DNA of 64,000 nucleotides from the NCBI GenBank assembly GCA_964016885.1, contig OZ024743.1, forward strand, positions 156,302,001 through 156,366,000. Reading direction: 5' to 3'. Shown here in pieces: positions 14,401-26,073 of the stretch (position 1 is the stretch's first letter; every line of letters starts with the position of its first letter). Under the pieces are notes generated by a model. The model made no database searches. It saw only the letters and a program-made list of their open reading frames with translations, and was not told the DNA's origin. This DNA is from Eledone cirrhosa (Eukaryota). The position numbers were made by a program, and so were the translations under genes.

Positions 14401-16431
14401 GTGGGAGAGGCGCAGACATGCGCCATTCCCGACAGATCCATCCAGGACAACCTCGACCTCATGCGATACATCCTAGAGAGGGTAGCTAGGGAACCTGGCA
14501 CGGGTGGGTCCTTGATCAATTTTGATCAGTCGCAAGCTTTCGATAGGGTCGACCATAGTTACGTAGCGGCAGTCCTGAGGGCGGCTAGCTTTGGGCTCAT
14601 CTTCAGAGGCTGGATCGCTCTCATACACAGCAACATCAGCTCTATGGTGAGAGTGAACGGTCACCTTTCGGAACTGTTCAACATCATGCGCTCGGTCCGC
14701 CAAGGATATCCTCTATCGTCCCTCTTGTACGTATTGACTCTCGAGCCATTACTGCACAAACTGGAGACGTTGAGGGGCGTCCCGCGCGAACCAGGATGGG
14801 GGAGATCCGTGTCAGCATATGCGGACGATGTCAACATAGTGGTGTCGAACGCCAAACACATCGAGGCGATCGGCACTACACTAAGAGAATACGAAGCGGT
14901 GACAGGAGCAACGATCAACCAGGAAAAGTCAGTGGGCCTGCAACTCGTCACCTGGAGAAGCATGTCCATGCCGTCCAACAGCGTCGTCGGACATTGGACT
15001 GACGGACGGTTAAATTGCTAGGGATCTGGTCCGGTCCGGACCTCCAGACGGACAAAAACTGGGACGAGGTGACGAGCAGGGTGGCTTCTCTCACCCAGCA
15101 ATGGGCGGAGAGGAAGCTATCTCTGAAAGGTCGAGCAGAGGTGGCTAACGCGTACATCGCGTCTCTCATCTGCTACCGCATGACCGTCGTACCTTGTCCT
15201 AAGCCCCGCCTGACTGCGCTGGAGCGTTTGCTCTTTTGCTTTTTGGTCAGGCGGTCCATCTGTTGTCAACACCCGCTACGTGGAGGGCTGGGCATGCCGT
15301 GGCTGATGATGCGCAGACACGAGCTCAGGATACGACATCTCCACCTCTTCCTCGACAGTGATCAGGTGTGGTCGCCATTTGCTAGACACGTATTTCACCA
15401 GCTCGTTTCCTTGACGGAGCTGCAGTCCTGGGTCAAGCGAAGACCGCGAGGGAGAGCCTGGAGACTGGAATGTCTTCAGGCGCTCATAGCCCTCGACAAT
15501 CGGGCAGTGTAATCGGTCGAAACTCCACCTCAGCGTTCTATAGAGGATTAGTGGAGGGGAAGAGCGACGACGTACTTGGGGAAACTCTAGGCGTCGACGA
15601 AAATCAACTAGCCAATCTCTTCGGAAGAACTTTCGGGCCGGGGCCTATGGAAAACTTCCAGAAATCTCTGGCCTGGCAGTGTTACCGAGGAGCCTTGCCA
15701 GTTCGGGATAAACTCTACAGGCATGGAGGTGCCGTCAGCCGGGCATGTCCGAGATGCGCGCAGGTCGACGTAACCTTCCTGCACGCACTCCTCCAGTGTC
15801 CGAAAATGGCTGACTTGTGGGTTTATGTCGAACACCTGCTGTCGCGTGTAGACCGGATCCGGCTATCAGGTGAGTCCATCATGAGGATTGCCTCGCCCTC
15901 TTCCTTTAGCCGGGAAGGGCAGGCAGTTTTCATCTGTCTGGTGACCATGGCGAAAGAGATAGTAAGGTGGACACGTTTGAAAGGGCCGAAGACGAGCACT
16001 TACGCCTTCGGTGATGCCCTGATTGACTTTTTCAAATTTCATTTCAAAAGGAAAATCAGAGGAGAGAGGGAAGTGCTCTCTTCCCAGCATTTTGTTGAAA
16101 GATGGGTGAGAGAAGCAAGAATGGCCGAGTGAATGGGCCTAATCTGAGTATGTATCTGTAAATTAAAGGTGGAAAACTGGGAGAGGGCACTTGCCTCGGT
16201 GGTCAGGGTCACTGTGGTCTTTTACTGGGCTTTCTCCACAAATGTCCCTCGGAAGTCTCCCCCCTATTGGGGAATTTTTCATTGTTATTATTGTTATTTT
16301 CATTGCTATTTTTGTTACTTCCTCTGTTTTTATTTTTTACACGCAGAAATGCCCATTTGTACCGTCCTGAATTGTCCTGCACTGTCCTTAATGTCTACTT
16401 TATGTAAACCCTTGTTGTTAATAAAGAAATC
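11460..16431 (+). mobile_element. L1/Tx1-clade LINE (ORF1 with CCHC knuckle; ORF2 with APE, RT and zf-RVT), frameshifted
   Basis: ORF1 knuckle CVVCGEGTHLRAFC at about 12058-12100. APE motifs VYAP, GDWN, SYLDRIF, TDH and YWKLN. RT motifs KSPGLDGLP, DQSQAFDRVDH, VRQGYPLS and AYADD. C-terminal CPRC..HALLQC. AATAAA at about 16420. The 5' limit is approximate. Confidence 0.92.
12705..12890 (+). mobile_element. tRNA-derived SINE (octopod-type) inserted in the Tx1 LINE
   Basis: A-box TGGCAGTATCGG, B-box GAGTTCAAATCC, core GACTTTGCCTTTCATCCTTACGGGGTCGAT. Imperfect 15-bp TSD attaaatttgaacaa / attaaacttgaataa. Further copies at 34822 and 47636. Confidence 0.9.
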
Positions 16432-19400
16432 ATTATTGTTATTATTATTGTTGTTATTCCTTGAATCTCAGTCATTGATGTCGGTTAACTGGAAAGTCCG
16501 TTGGATTGAATATCAAGCCACTACCTGCAACCTCAGATATTCAGGACGTATCGGAGGGTTCTTGCTGTTCCAAGCAAGCATGCCTTTTGAAGCGTTCCAA
16601 AAAGCGTGAAGGGGCCGATTTTCTTTAACCATCCCTGGAAACTTTTGGAGATAGTCCCCAGTGCGCCTATGACAATCGGGATCACTTTGACTTCATGGCA
16701 GTTCCAAATCCTTTTCACCTCCCACTTTAGGTCCTGGTATTGGTTAATTTTCTCCCTCTCCTTCTCTTGCACTCTCGTGTCGAACGGGCAGGCCACATCC
16801 ACAATCAGACACGATCTATTTTCTTTGTCCACAACCACCAGGTCAGGTCTATTGTGTTCCAGTTTTTTGTCCGTCTGTATCCTAAAATCCCACAGCACCT
16901 TCACCTGATTGTTCTCCATCACCGCCTCTGGCCTATGCTCATACCATTTCTCAGAATGTGGTAAATTGTTTACTTTGCACAGGTGCCAGTGGATCACCCT
17001 GCCCATCACATCGTGTCTCCAGCCCTTATAGTGGGTCTGGGCTAGGTGTTTACACTCGGACACAATGTGAGCCACAGTCTCCTCTCTCTCTCCACAGATC
17101 CTGCACAGTGGGCTAGCCTCCTCCTTGTAAATATGGTGCTTCAACCACTTCGTTTTGAGGGCCTGCTCCTGCGCAGCCATTAGCATTCCTTCTGTAGCCT
17201 TTCTGAGGTCTCCTCTTCTCAACCAGTTCCATGTCTGTGGATCTCTAAATTCAGTTTTCTCAAAGAAGGTACTATGAAGGGATTTTCCCTTAAGGCTGCT
17301 CTTCCTCCTTGATGTTATTTCCTCCTTGGACATCCCCTGGCCTACTGTCCCCTCCTTCAGTACAGTTCTGAGCATTGGCTCCTTACTATAGGTCACGTAT
17401 TTGTATAGGTTGTTTTTCTCCATCTGAACACAGTCCTCTATGCTGATAAGACCTCTTCCAACCTCAGATCTCCTTAGATAGAGTCTATCGACACAACTCC
17501 TCTTGTGGAACATGTTGTAGATAGTCAATAGCTTCCTAGTCTTCCTATCCATTTCTTTTTGTTCAGCAACATTCCATCTCAGAATTCCCGCACTGTACCT
17601 AATAATAGACACAGCTCGGGAATTTACTGCGCTTATGGCATTTCTGCTGTTCAGATGTGACTCAATACGCTCCTTACTCTCCGAATGTATTCAGTTCTTA
17701 ACAATTCCTTCATTTTTTTGTTCTTTATGCCATCAGCCTCCAGAACGCCCAAATACGTGTATCCTTCCTCAGAGTCAATTTCCTTTATCATCTCACCTGT
17801 TGGTATACGGATTCCGTTACTTCTGCTCAACCTACCCCTCCTCATCACAATGACTCCACATTTACCAATACCAAACTGCATACATATATCACTGCTGAAA
17901 ATACGGACAGTGTCAACAAGCACATCCAACTCCTTCTCACTTTTCCCGAAGAGCTTAAGATCGTCCATGAAGAGGAGGTGATTGATGGTAAGCTCTCCCC
18001 TTCCCAACTTGTATCCTGCTCTCACTTTTCGCAGCATAATGGTCAAGGGCATCAGGGCAAGGACAAACAACAGAGGGGACAGGCTATCTCCCTGGAAGAT
18101 AACTCTCTTGATCTTCACGCTTCCCAAGGATACTCCAGTTGATGTCAACTCTGTCTCCCAGGACCCCATACTCCTGCCTAGCAACTGTCTGATGTTATCT
18201 GCCACCCTGAAGATCTCCAGGCTTTTGGTGATCCAAGAATGAGGCACCATGTCAAATGCCTTTCTGTAGTCTATCCATCCCATGGCAAGATCAGTGTGTC
18301 TCCTCCTGCAATTCCCCATTACCATCTTATCAATAAGTAACTGGTCCTTTGTACCACGTGACTTCTTTCGGCATCCTTTCTGTTCGTCCGGTAACAAGTT
18401 GTTTGTGTGGAGGTGATGGTAGATTTCCTCAGACACAATGCTCGTCAACAGTTTCCACATTACGGACAGACATGTGATAGGTCTATAGTTGGTAACATCA
18501 TTACCCTTGATTCGGTCTTTCATTATCAGAACTGTGGTACCTTTTGTCAACCACTCTGGCACCTCACCCGACACCAAGCAGTCATTGAACATGGCCGTCA
18601 GCTTCGGGTGGAGGGATGTTAAATGTTTAATCCAATACCCCTGCACACCATCTGGGCCTGGTGATTTCCAGTTGGTTAGTTTTTTGGCCTGCCCCTTAAG
18701 AGTTTCAACTGTGATACTCAAATCAGTTTGTTGTTGTGCCTGCTCACTGATCTCCCTCTGTACTCACTCAATCCACCCTGCCTGGACATTATGTCTAACA
18801 CCCTGCTCCCATATTCCTCTCCAGAATGTTTTAGTTTGCTCCGCCCCAGGGATCAAGTCGTTGCCTCTTTCTTTCCCCTCAAGCTGTCCAAACAGCATCT
18901 TCTGGTTGTTGTCGAACATGCGGTTCTGTTTATACTGACTGACTCTGTTCTCGTATCGCCTGATTTTTGCACTCTTTGCTACAATGCGTTGCTTCAGTTC
19001 CTCTATGATAATATTTAGCTTTTTCCTCCTAGTTTTGTATTTTATTTCCAGTCTATTTTTAGTGCCTATGTTTTTTAGTGTCCCATTCAGTAGTGACTCA
19101 AGCTTTCCTATGTAATTTCTCATTTCCCCGATTTGCCCACTCAGTCGCATCTTCCACCATGGCTCTGCTCTTTCTTGTCTGTTGTTTCCTCTCGCTTTTA
19201 TACCAAGTAGTTTCCTCACCGTATTTGCTGTTGCTTTGAGGATATTGTTGCACTGGTGAAGGCTCCTCGCCTCAAGGTATGGGATGACTTTGTTTACCTT
19301 AGCTGTTGTTTCGTTTAACTTTTTCCTGTCTACAAATCTTAGGTTCATAGGTCTCCCACTATCATTGTTCAATTCATCTACCACTAAATTTAGGATGTCA

Positions 19401-20040
19401 AACGAATCTTGTCCTAGCCCGTCGGCATTTATCTCCTCAGTGGCCGTATCTCTGTTCCATGTATTAGTTATCTCAGTATTCAGATCATTGTCTGCTTCGG
19501 GTGGTTCCTCCGTTCTCAGGACCTCCTCACCTTCATTTCCCGCCGGCTCGCTTGTCTGGCATACTCCACCCGCCATCTCCAAGCCATTCTCTCTGCTCAG
19601 TTCCTCCAGTTCCAGCTCGCTTATCCACCCATTAGTTCTTATTACCCGAGCCTGCCCGGCCAATTTTTGTTCATCTAATTTAAATAAACCAATCTCGTTC
19701 CAGATGTTATGCATCCGTCTCCTGTAGCCCCTCTCCTTGGGGTTACTTTTCAGGTAGCATTGCATAACAGTTCTATTCAATTCTTTCGTCCAGTTGGTTC
19801 TGGCCCCTTTCCTTCTTCCTCTTCCTCCAACATCAGCAGTATTTGGTTGACAGTCAGGTTCCTGCTGCTGAGCCAGGGGGCACCTGTTGGGTGAGAGTAT
19901 GTCACATGACGTTCTAGTCTCCATTTCACCGTTATTCGAACTGTTTATGTTCGATATTTAAACACTCTTATCGAGGATTGGCGAATGTATGGTTACATAG
20001 CCATCTGTGGATCTACCATTCCACTTGGCCCTTGTGTGGC
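16432..20040 (-). mobile_element. near full-length R4/Dong-type LINE, second family
   Basis: ORF pieces 19924-18764, 18721-17651 and 17612-16533. Motifs WKSPGPDGV, DYRKAFD, FQGDSLSP, FMDDLKL, CRICGEREETVAHIVSEC, RHD, and RPDLVVVD..DVACP..KY-like RLE. TTA/TTG tail at 16432-16458. The 5' limit is approximate. Confidence 0.93.
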
Positions 20041-20987
20041 ATTATCACCACGCTGTATACGAACACACATAAACAAACAAACACACAGGCAGAAAGGGCC
20101 CCAAAAATGAATAAGCATAAGTTTCATTGTAATGTAGTGTTCGAATGTCTGACTTAGTTTTTGTTTTTTAAGTTTTAGTTCCCCCCTCCCTCTTCTCTGT
20201 CCGTCCCCCTGCTTCTCTCTTCATTCTTATTTTCTTTACGTTTTGGGGTTTTTTTTTTTTTGTTTTGGTTTTGGTTTTTCTCTGTTTGTTTTTCTCGTTT
20301 TTTGCTGTTGTTGCTGTGCTGCTTTGGTTTTGTTGTTTGTTTTTTCTTTTTTCTTTTGAGTCTATCTATATATTTTGATGCCTTCCTCTTTTTTAGCAGT
20401 AGGGATTATATAATGTGGTGTCAGCAGCCAGCTTAGAGAAGTGGAGGACTGGCGGCGGTAGCGATACTGAGACAGTGGTGGTGGTGATGTCGATACCGAG
20501 GCAGTGGTGGCGGTGATGTGACCGTATTACTGTAGTGATGGTGCTGCAGCGGTGGTAGCAGTGAAGGAGTGAAGGGGTGGTGGCGGCGGAGATGGGATAA
20601 TGGTGGTAATGATGGCCGTAGTGAGCGGTGGTGGTGAAAATGCCGTTATCTGGCTGTTGTGATTAGTGTACACATGTGATGGGGTGGGTGGTGTATCTAG
20701 TTTCTTGTGTTGGTGAGTTTGGCTGTTCTATATAGTGTAGACAGAGGAGAGGAGGGGGGGGTTCTTCTTCCATTTATAGCCATTTTCTTTTTTGGATATA
20801 CAGTGTACAATACAAAGTTGAATATTTGAATATTTGAGCCTTATAACAATATATTTTGGGTCCGAATTTTTGGGGGCTCAAGCCGGGTGCTTTACGTAGC
20901 ATTTGTACTAAGAGTTGTTATTTCACAAATGATTTAAATGTGTTAAAAATTCAAAACTTACGGGAGCGATTTCATGACCTCCGCCGC

Positions 20988-21039
<52 letters not shown>

Positions 21040-21170
21040 GTTGTTCTTTGAGTCTCAATCATTGATGTTACTTAACTAGAAAGTTTGTTGAAATGAATAT
21101 CAAGCCACTACCTGCAGCCTTAGATATTTATCTCGTATCGGAGGCTTCTTGCTGTTCCCAGCAAGCATGA
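20988..21170 (-). mobile_element. 5'-truncated 3' end of the second R4/Dong family with a (TAA)n tail
   Basis: Matches 16455-16585 (gaatatcaagccactacctgca, cttgctgttcc.agcaagcatg). About 17 TAT units at 20988-21039. Confidence 0.88.
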
Positions 21171-21199
21171 TATTTTTCTCTAACGATACTTCCTAATTA

Positions 21200-21790
21200 A
21201 TAACTGTCGACATAAATATAATCTCTCTATTGAGCAACCCACTACCCCTGTTTTTTTTTATTATTCCTTCCGCTGTCAACTCTTGCTTAACTAAATTGCC
21301 AGCTAAATTATTTATAGAAATATAAAAATATACTGAAGGGAAAACCAAACCGAAATGTGAGTGTGATTTACTACTTTTTCTGGCATTATTAGGACATCAT
21401 GGCCCTCCCCAAATAACAATATATGCTTCAACAAAACGATTTCGTATCAAAAACTTTGCAAAACAAATACATCACCGTCGGATTCTATTCTTCAAATGCT
21501 GATGGAAGCAGTTGCGTTTCTTTCGAAATTTGATTCTCAGTATGAGTTTAAGTACATATTCTTTCTAAAGTTAATAAAGCTGGGTTGCTTGGAAGGTTAT
21601 TTTATGAGTAAAATCAAATGGTTTCCTTGTGTTTGTCAGCTTTATGATAATGGTCGAAATACAAACCATGCCAACGCATCCCTTTTAGGAAATAATCAGT
21701 TCTTTTTTATTAGTATTTTAATGTATTCATTCCAATTTGGTACCGGAATATTCTTTTGTAAAAATATTAATGTGTTGTTTCTTTACAAAG
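21200..21790 (-). mobile_element. decayed Naiad-type PLE, N-terminal fragment
   Basis: Minus translation with a frameshift gives LQKNIPVPNWNEYIKILIKK / TDYFLKGMRWH, resembling SLKNIPI..Y..FIRRVRW of ORF 26074. Confidence 0.6.
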
Positions 21791-23061
21791 GTGTTAAGTC
21801 TGAAGAGCGTTCTACTAAAAGAGCCAAATACTAATAATACATAAAATGTCCAAAATCCAAATAGTACTCAGTAAGGGTTGTATATATATAATATATATAT
21901 ATACATATATATCCCCTGTGATTGTTTCATGTTTATTTATATGTCACTCAATTTCTAGTCGATATAAAATGCTCGGATCTACTCATTAGAATCTTGGAGC
22001 ATATTTTACGCGTGATATGGCGCATGTCTATCTGGCATGACACCTTTAATTTAATTTGATTTAATTTAATTTAATTCTATTTATCTTAATTTTGGATATA
22101 TATAAATACGGCCCCATAATTGTAGAGCTAACTCAGTTGAAAGGACTTGACTGCTGTTTCTAGTTGTCGATAACCCTATTCACGCCACTGGGACGAAGCT
22201 GGTATGTTGTGTGTATTTTTAATGGATACAGCATGTGTGACTGGCCAGTCGCTGATTTGAACTTGATGCGTAAACACAGATGGTTGGACCTTTTCCTTGT
22301 TGAAAATTGAGGATCTGGCTACTGTCGTTTACCAATCGAATAATTGGTGAAATATATTTCTTTAATGGAATATATACGAAGAAGATTAATCAAATTATAA
22401 GGTATCTATTTTTGAAGTTCTAGTTAAACTTTATTTAGTTACCTACCTAGCTATGTGTGCTTACACACTTTTACAAATTATCCCCTGTGATTGTTTCATA
22501 TGTTTATTTATATGTCAATCAATTTCTAGTCGATATATATGTATATATATAATTTTTTTTTTTCTAATGAAAAAAAAAGATGTTCTACACGAGTGAAAGT
22601 ATACGGTAAAAAGCTGAAATCGAAAATGCAACTGGAGTATTTTTAAGAATATTTATTTGTTTCCTTTACCGGTTTCACAGTTCTTATACTTTTCAAAAGT
22701 AGACTTCAGATGGAGAGTTTTTGGTTTTTTGCTCATCTAGTTGATGTTTGAATGTTAATGTTTTTAATGTGGAAAAAACTGGCTCGAAATGCTAGGTTTT
22801 TTAGAAAAGTAATTTGGTTGGTTGATGACTATCACGTAAATAAATATAATAAATTTCCCGCCAGTTCGCGTTACTAAGTTCTTATTGTATTTGCTATTAA
22901 AAAAAGGAGGGGAATAGTTAAGATTGATTTTTTCATATATGAGTGAAATTCGGTTGGTTGATGCAGTCACGTGAATAAGCACATCAACGTTCGCACCAGT
23001 TCGTATTTGAGTGTTCTTTATAGTCATTTTCACTTAAAAAAGTGGCTCAAAAAATGTTTTA

Positions 23062-23099
<38 letters not shown>

Positions 23100-23116
23100 T
23101 CTATATATATATATAC

Positions 23117-23159
<43 letters not shown>

Positions 23160-23190
23160 AAAGAATAGAGGTGTAACACACAAGTTATTA

Positions 23191-23585
23191 TATATTGGTA
23201 AACGGAATAGAAAATGCTGACAAATTGTTCACAGTTGAAAAATGGTTTAATTAGGAATAAAAGAGTATTAGTGATTGTATGGGTTAGTATTCAGTTGTGG
23301 TTTTAAGTTTTTAAGTTTTTACCGGCTGCGCATTTCTAAATGCTTTTCAAAAATAATTTTGAGATAGAGTGTCCGTGCTGTTTGCTCTGATCAGACCAAA
23401 CAGCACGGACACTCTATTTCAAAATTATTTTTGAAAAGCATTTAGAAATGCGCAACCGGTAAAAACTTAAAAACTTAAAACCACAACTGAATACTAACCC
23501 ATACAATCACTAATACTCTTTTATTCCTAATTAAACCATTTTTCAACTGTGAACAATTTGTCAGCATTTTCTATTCCGTTTACCA

Positions 23586-23590
<5 letters not shown>
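23191..23590. repeat. 400-bp near-perfect palindrome (probable fold-back solo pLTR)
   Basis: 200-bp arms with about 3 mismatches and no spacer, centred on CTGA|TCAG at 23390/23391, between (TA)n tracts. Confidence 0.95.
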
Positions 23591-23731
<141 letters not shown>

Positions 23732-23776
23732 TAAAGGAAACGAAAAATCAGTGATACATATGGACATAATTTATTG

Positions 23777-23867
23777 CGTGTTACAATTGGTTCGTCGGCA
23801 GGTAGCTCGAGACATGGTCCCTGTATGGATCTGGCTGATTCTCCGGCTGCAGATTCTTTCAGACACG
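23777..23867 (-). ncRNA. degenerate type I hammerhead-like motif
   Basis: CGUGU-CUGAAAGA...GAACCAAUUGUA-ACACG. Stem I is a perfect 5 bp and stem III is near-palindromic. Two core deviations. Confidence 0.45.
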
Positions 23868-24166
23868 GGTCATTCGTTCTGAGCAAATGTTATCACTGGT
23901 GTGTTATCGTAAAAAAACACCTTAAAAAAACCCTCTTCCACTCTTCTCATGCTATTGGCTGTTTTTACTCCACATCATCACAAGTTCTGGTCAGTATTTA
24001 CTGCAATACGGGTCATCAGCCATTTTCCGTCCGACACACTTCAATGGAGTCATGCTGGGTTCAGTATCTCACACGTCTGTTCACACTCCAGAGTAGGCAC
24101 CCACACATACGAATATACACACACATATACACACACATACGCGCGCACACATACATACACATACAT

Positions 24167-24221
<55 letters not shown>

Positions 24222-24227
<6 letters not shown>

Positions 24228-24635
24228 ATTAAATAAATGGAAAACTATATCTATAAAACCATATTTATTTCATTATATATATTTCGGGGATATCATATTA
24301 ACAATATGCTATGCCTTCATCAGACAAAATACAATATAAACAGTTTTATAGATAAATATATTCGACATACCGTAATAAACATCAACTTCATTTGAAGAGG
24401 TTTACTCTAGCAGTCTTCAACTTCATTTGAAGAGGTTTACTCTAGCAGTCTGATGAAGGCATAGCATATTGTTAATATGATATCCCCGAAATATATATAA
24501 TGAAATAAATATGGTTTTATAAATATAGTTTTCCATTTATTTAATATTGTAAATATACTCCAAATATTTGTCGAGTGCTTTTATATCAGTTATAAATATT
24601 TACTAGTTGTAACCCAACAATTTTAAATATAACTT

Positions 24636-24640
<5 letters not shown>
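24222..24640. repeat. inverted PLE pLTR pair (arms 24222-24325 and 24448-24551)
   Basis: 104-bp inverted arms. The spacer contains a 35-bp tandem duplication (24382-24450). The family recurs at 32533-32795. Confidence 0.9.
24266..24331 (-). ncRNA. type I hammerhead ribozyme motif
   Basis: UAUUUUGU-CUGAUGA-[AGGCAUAGCAUAUU guu AAUAUGAUAUCCCC]-GAAAUAUAUAUA-AUGAAAUA. Stem I has 8 bp with wobbles and stem III is palindromic. Confidence 0.7.
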
Positions 24641-24721
<81 letters not shown>

Positions 24722-24791
24722 TACACATATATATACACACATGCACACACATACATATAAAATACACATACGTACACACAATTACATACAC

Positions 24792-25091
<300 letters not shown>

Positions 25092-25355
25092 TTTATACTC
25101 TGCTATGTATTGAGTACCTTACTTACTGTGGTTACCTCCGATTCAACCCGGAATAACGTATATATATATATAGTTAGAGAAGCAAAAAATTGCATATTGT
25201 GATCCAGTTCTTGGTTAAGAAAGCCAGTTTCATGGATGGTTTCAACGTACGGTTAGAGGTCACTCCACAAGTTTGTTAGAATTCCGTTCAATCTTGGAGT
25301 ATAAAGTATAAAAGAGAAAACACAGGTAAGCATTAAGAGAAGGATCTTATCCAGG

Positions 25356-25456
25356 TATTTACGACCGTTTCATTGGTAAGTGCAACCTTATATTGCTATA
25401 CTGCAAATAACAGCCACTCAATTATAATTGTTGTTCACAGTGAAATTTTCAGAATA
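25356..25456 (-). ncRNA. degenerate hammerhead motif in the Naiad pLTR (copies at about 25743+ and 28973+)
   Basis: UAUU-CUGAAAA-(about 80 nt)-GAAACGGUCGUA-AAUA. G8 is changed to A, and the other two copies also have C3 changed to U. Confidence 0.5.
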
Positions 25457-26073
25457 GTAAGTTACTCTTGAAATAATTGTTAATATATAGAGAAAAACAT
25501 TTATTTGGAATTGTATTTACTAGTATAGAGAAAGAGGAGTCAGAAGGTGAGGGGACAAACGGAATAGTATAGAGAGAGAGGAAGGGCGAATAGGTCGGAA
25601 GTAGAGTGACAAACTGAGATGGAGGGAGAGGTAGATGTGGAAGGATTCTTTGGTCAGTTTTGATAGAAGACTTGATGTCATGGAATGTAGCAAATAAATG
25701 TTTTTCTCTATATATTAACAATTATTTCAAGAGTAACTTACTATTTTGAAAATGTGGACTGTGAACAACAATTATATTTGAGTGGCTGCTATTTGCAGTA
25801 TAGAAATATAACGTTGCACTTACCAATGAAACAGTCGTAAATACCTCGATAAGATCCTTCTCTTAATGCTTACCTGTGTTTTCTCTTTTATACTTTATAC
25901 TCCAAGATTGAACGGAATTCTTACAAACTTGTGGAGTTACCCCTAACCGTACGTTTAAAGCATCTATGAAACTGGCTTTCTTAACCAAGAACTGGATCAC
26001 AATAAGCATTTTTTGCTTCTCTAACTACAGGCTCCTTATCGGTCGAGCAACCACCTAAACATACGGTACTACT

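Noticed and set aside
7994-19727. Many 60-150 aa ORFs antisense to LINE ORFs
   Set aside because: Shadow frames of retrotransposon coding sequence with no independent motifs.
22764-23033. 89-aa ORF as a gene
   Set aside because: YSPPF..TRTGGKF resembles a decayed Naiad linker. Too degraded to call.
24382-24450. Short direct repeats as CRISPR-like (also 6810-6875 and 36357-36393)
   Set aside because: Only two adjacent copies, no spacer series, no cas genes, and a eukaryotic context.
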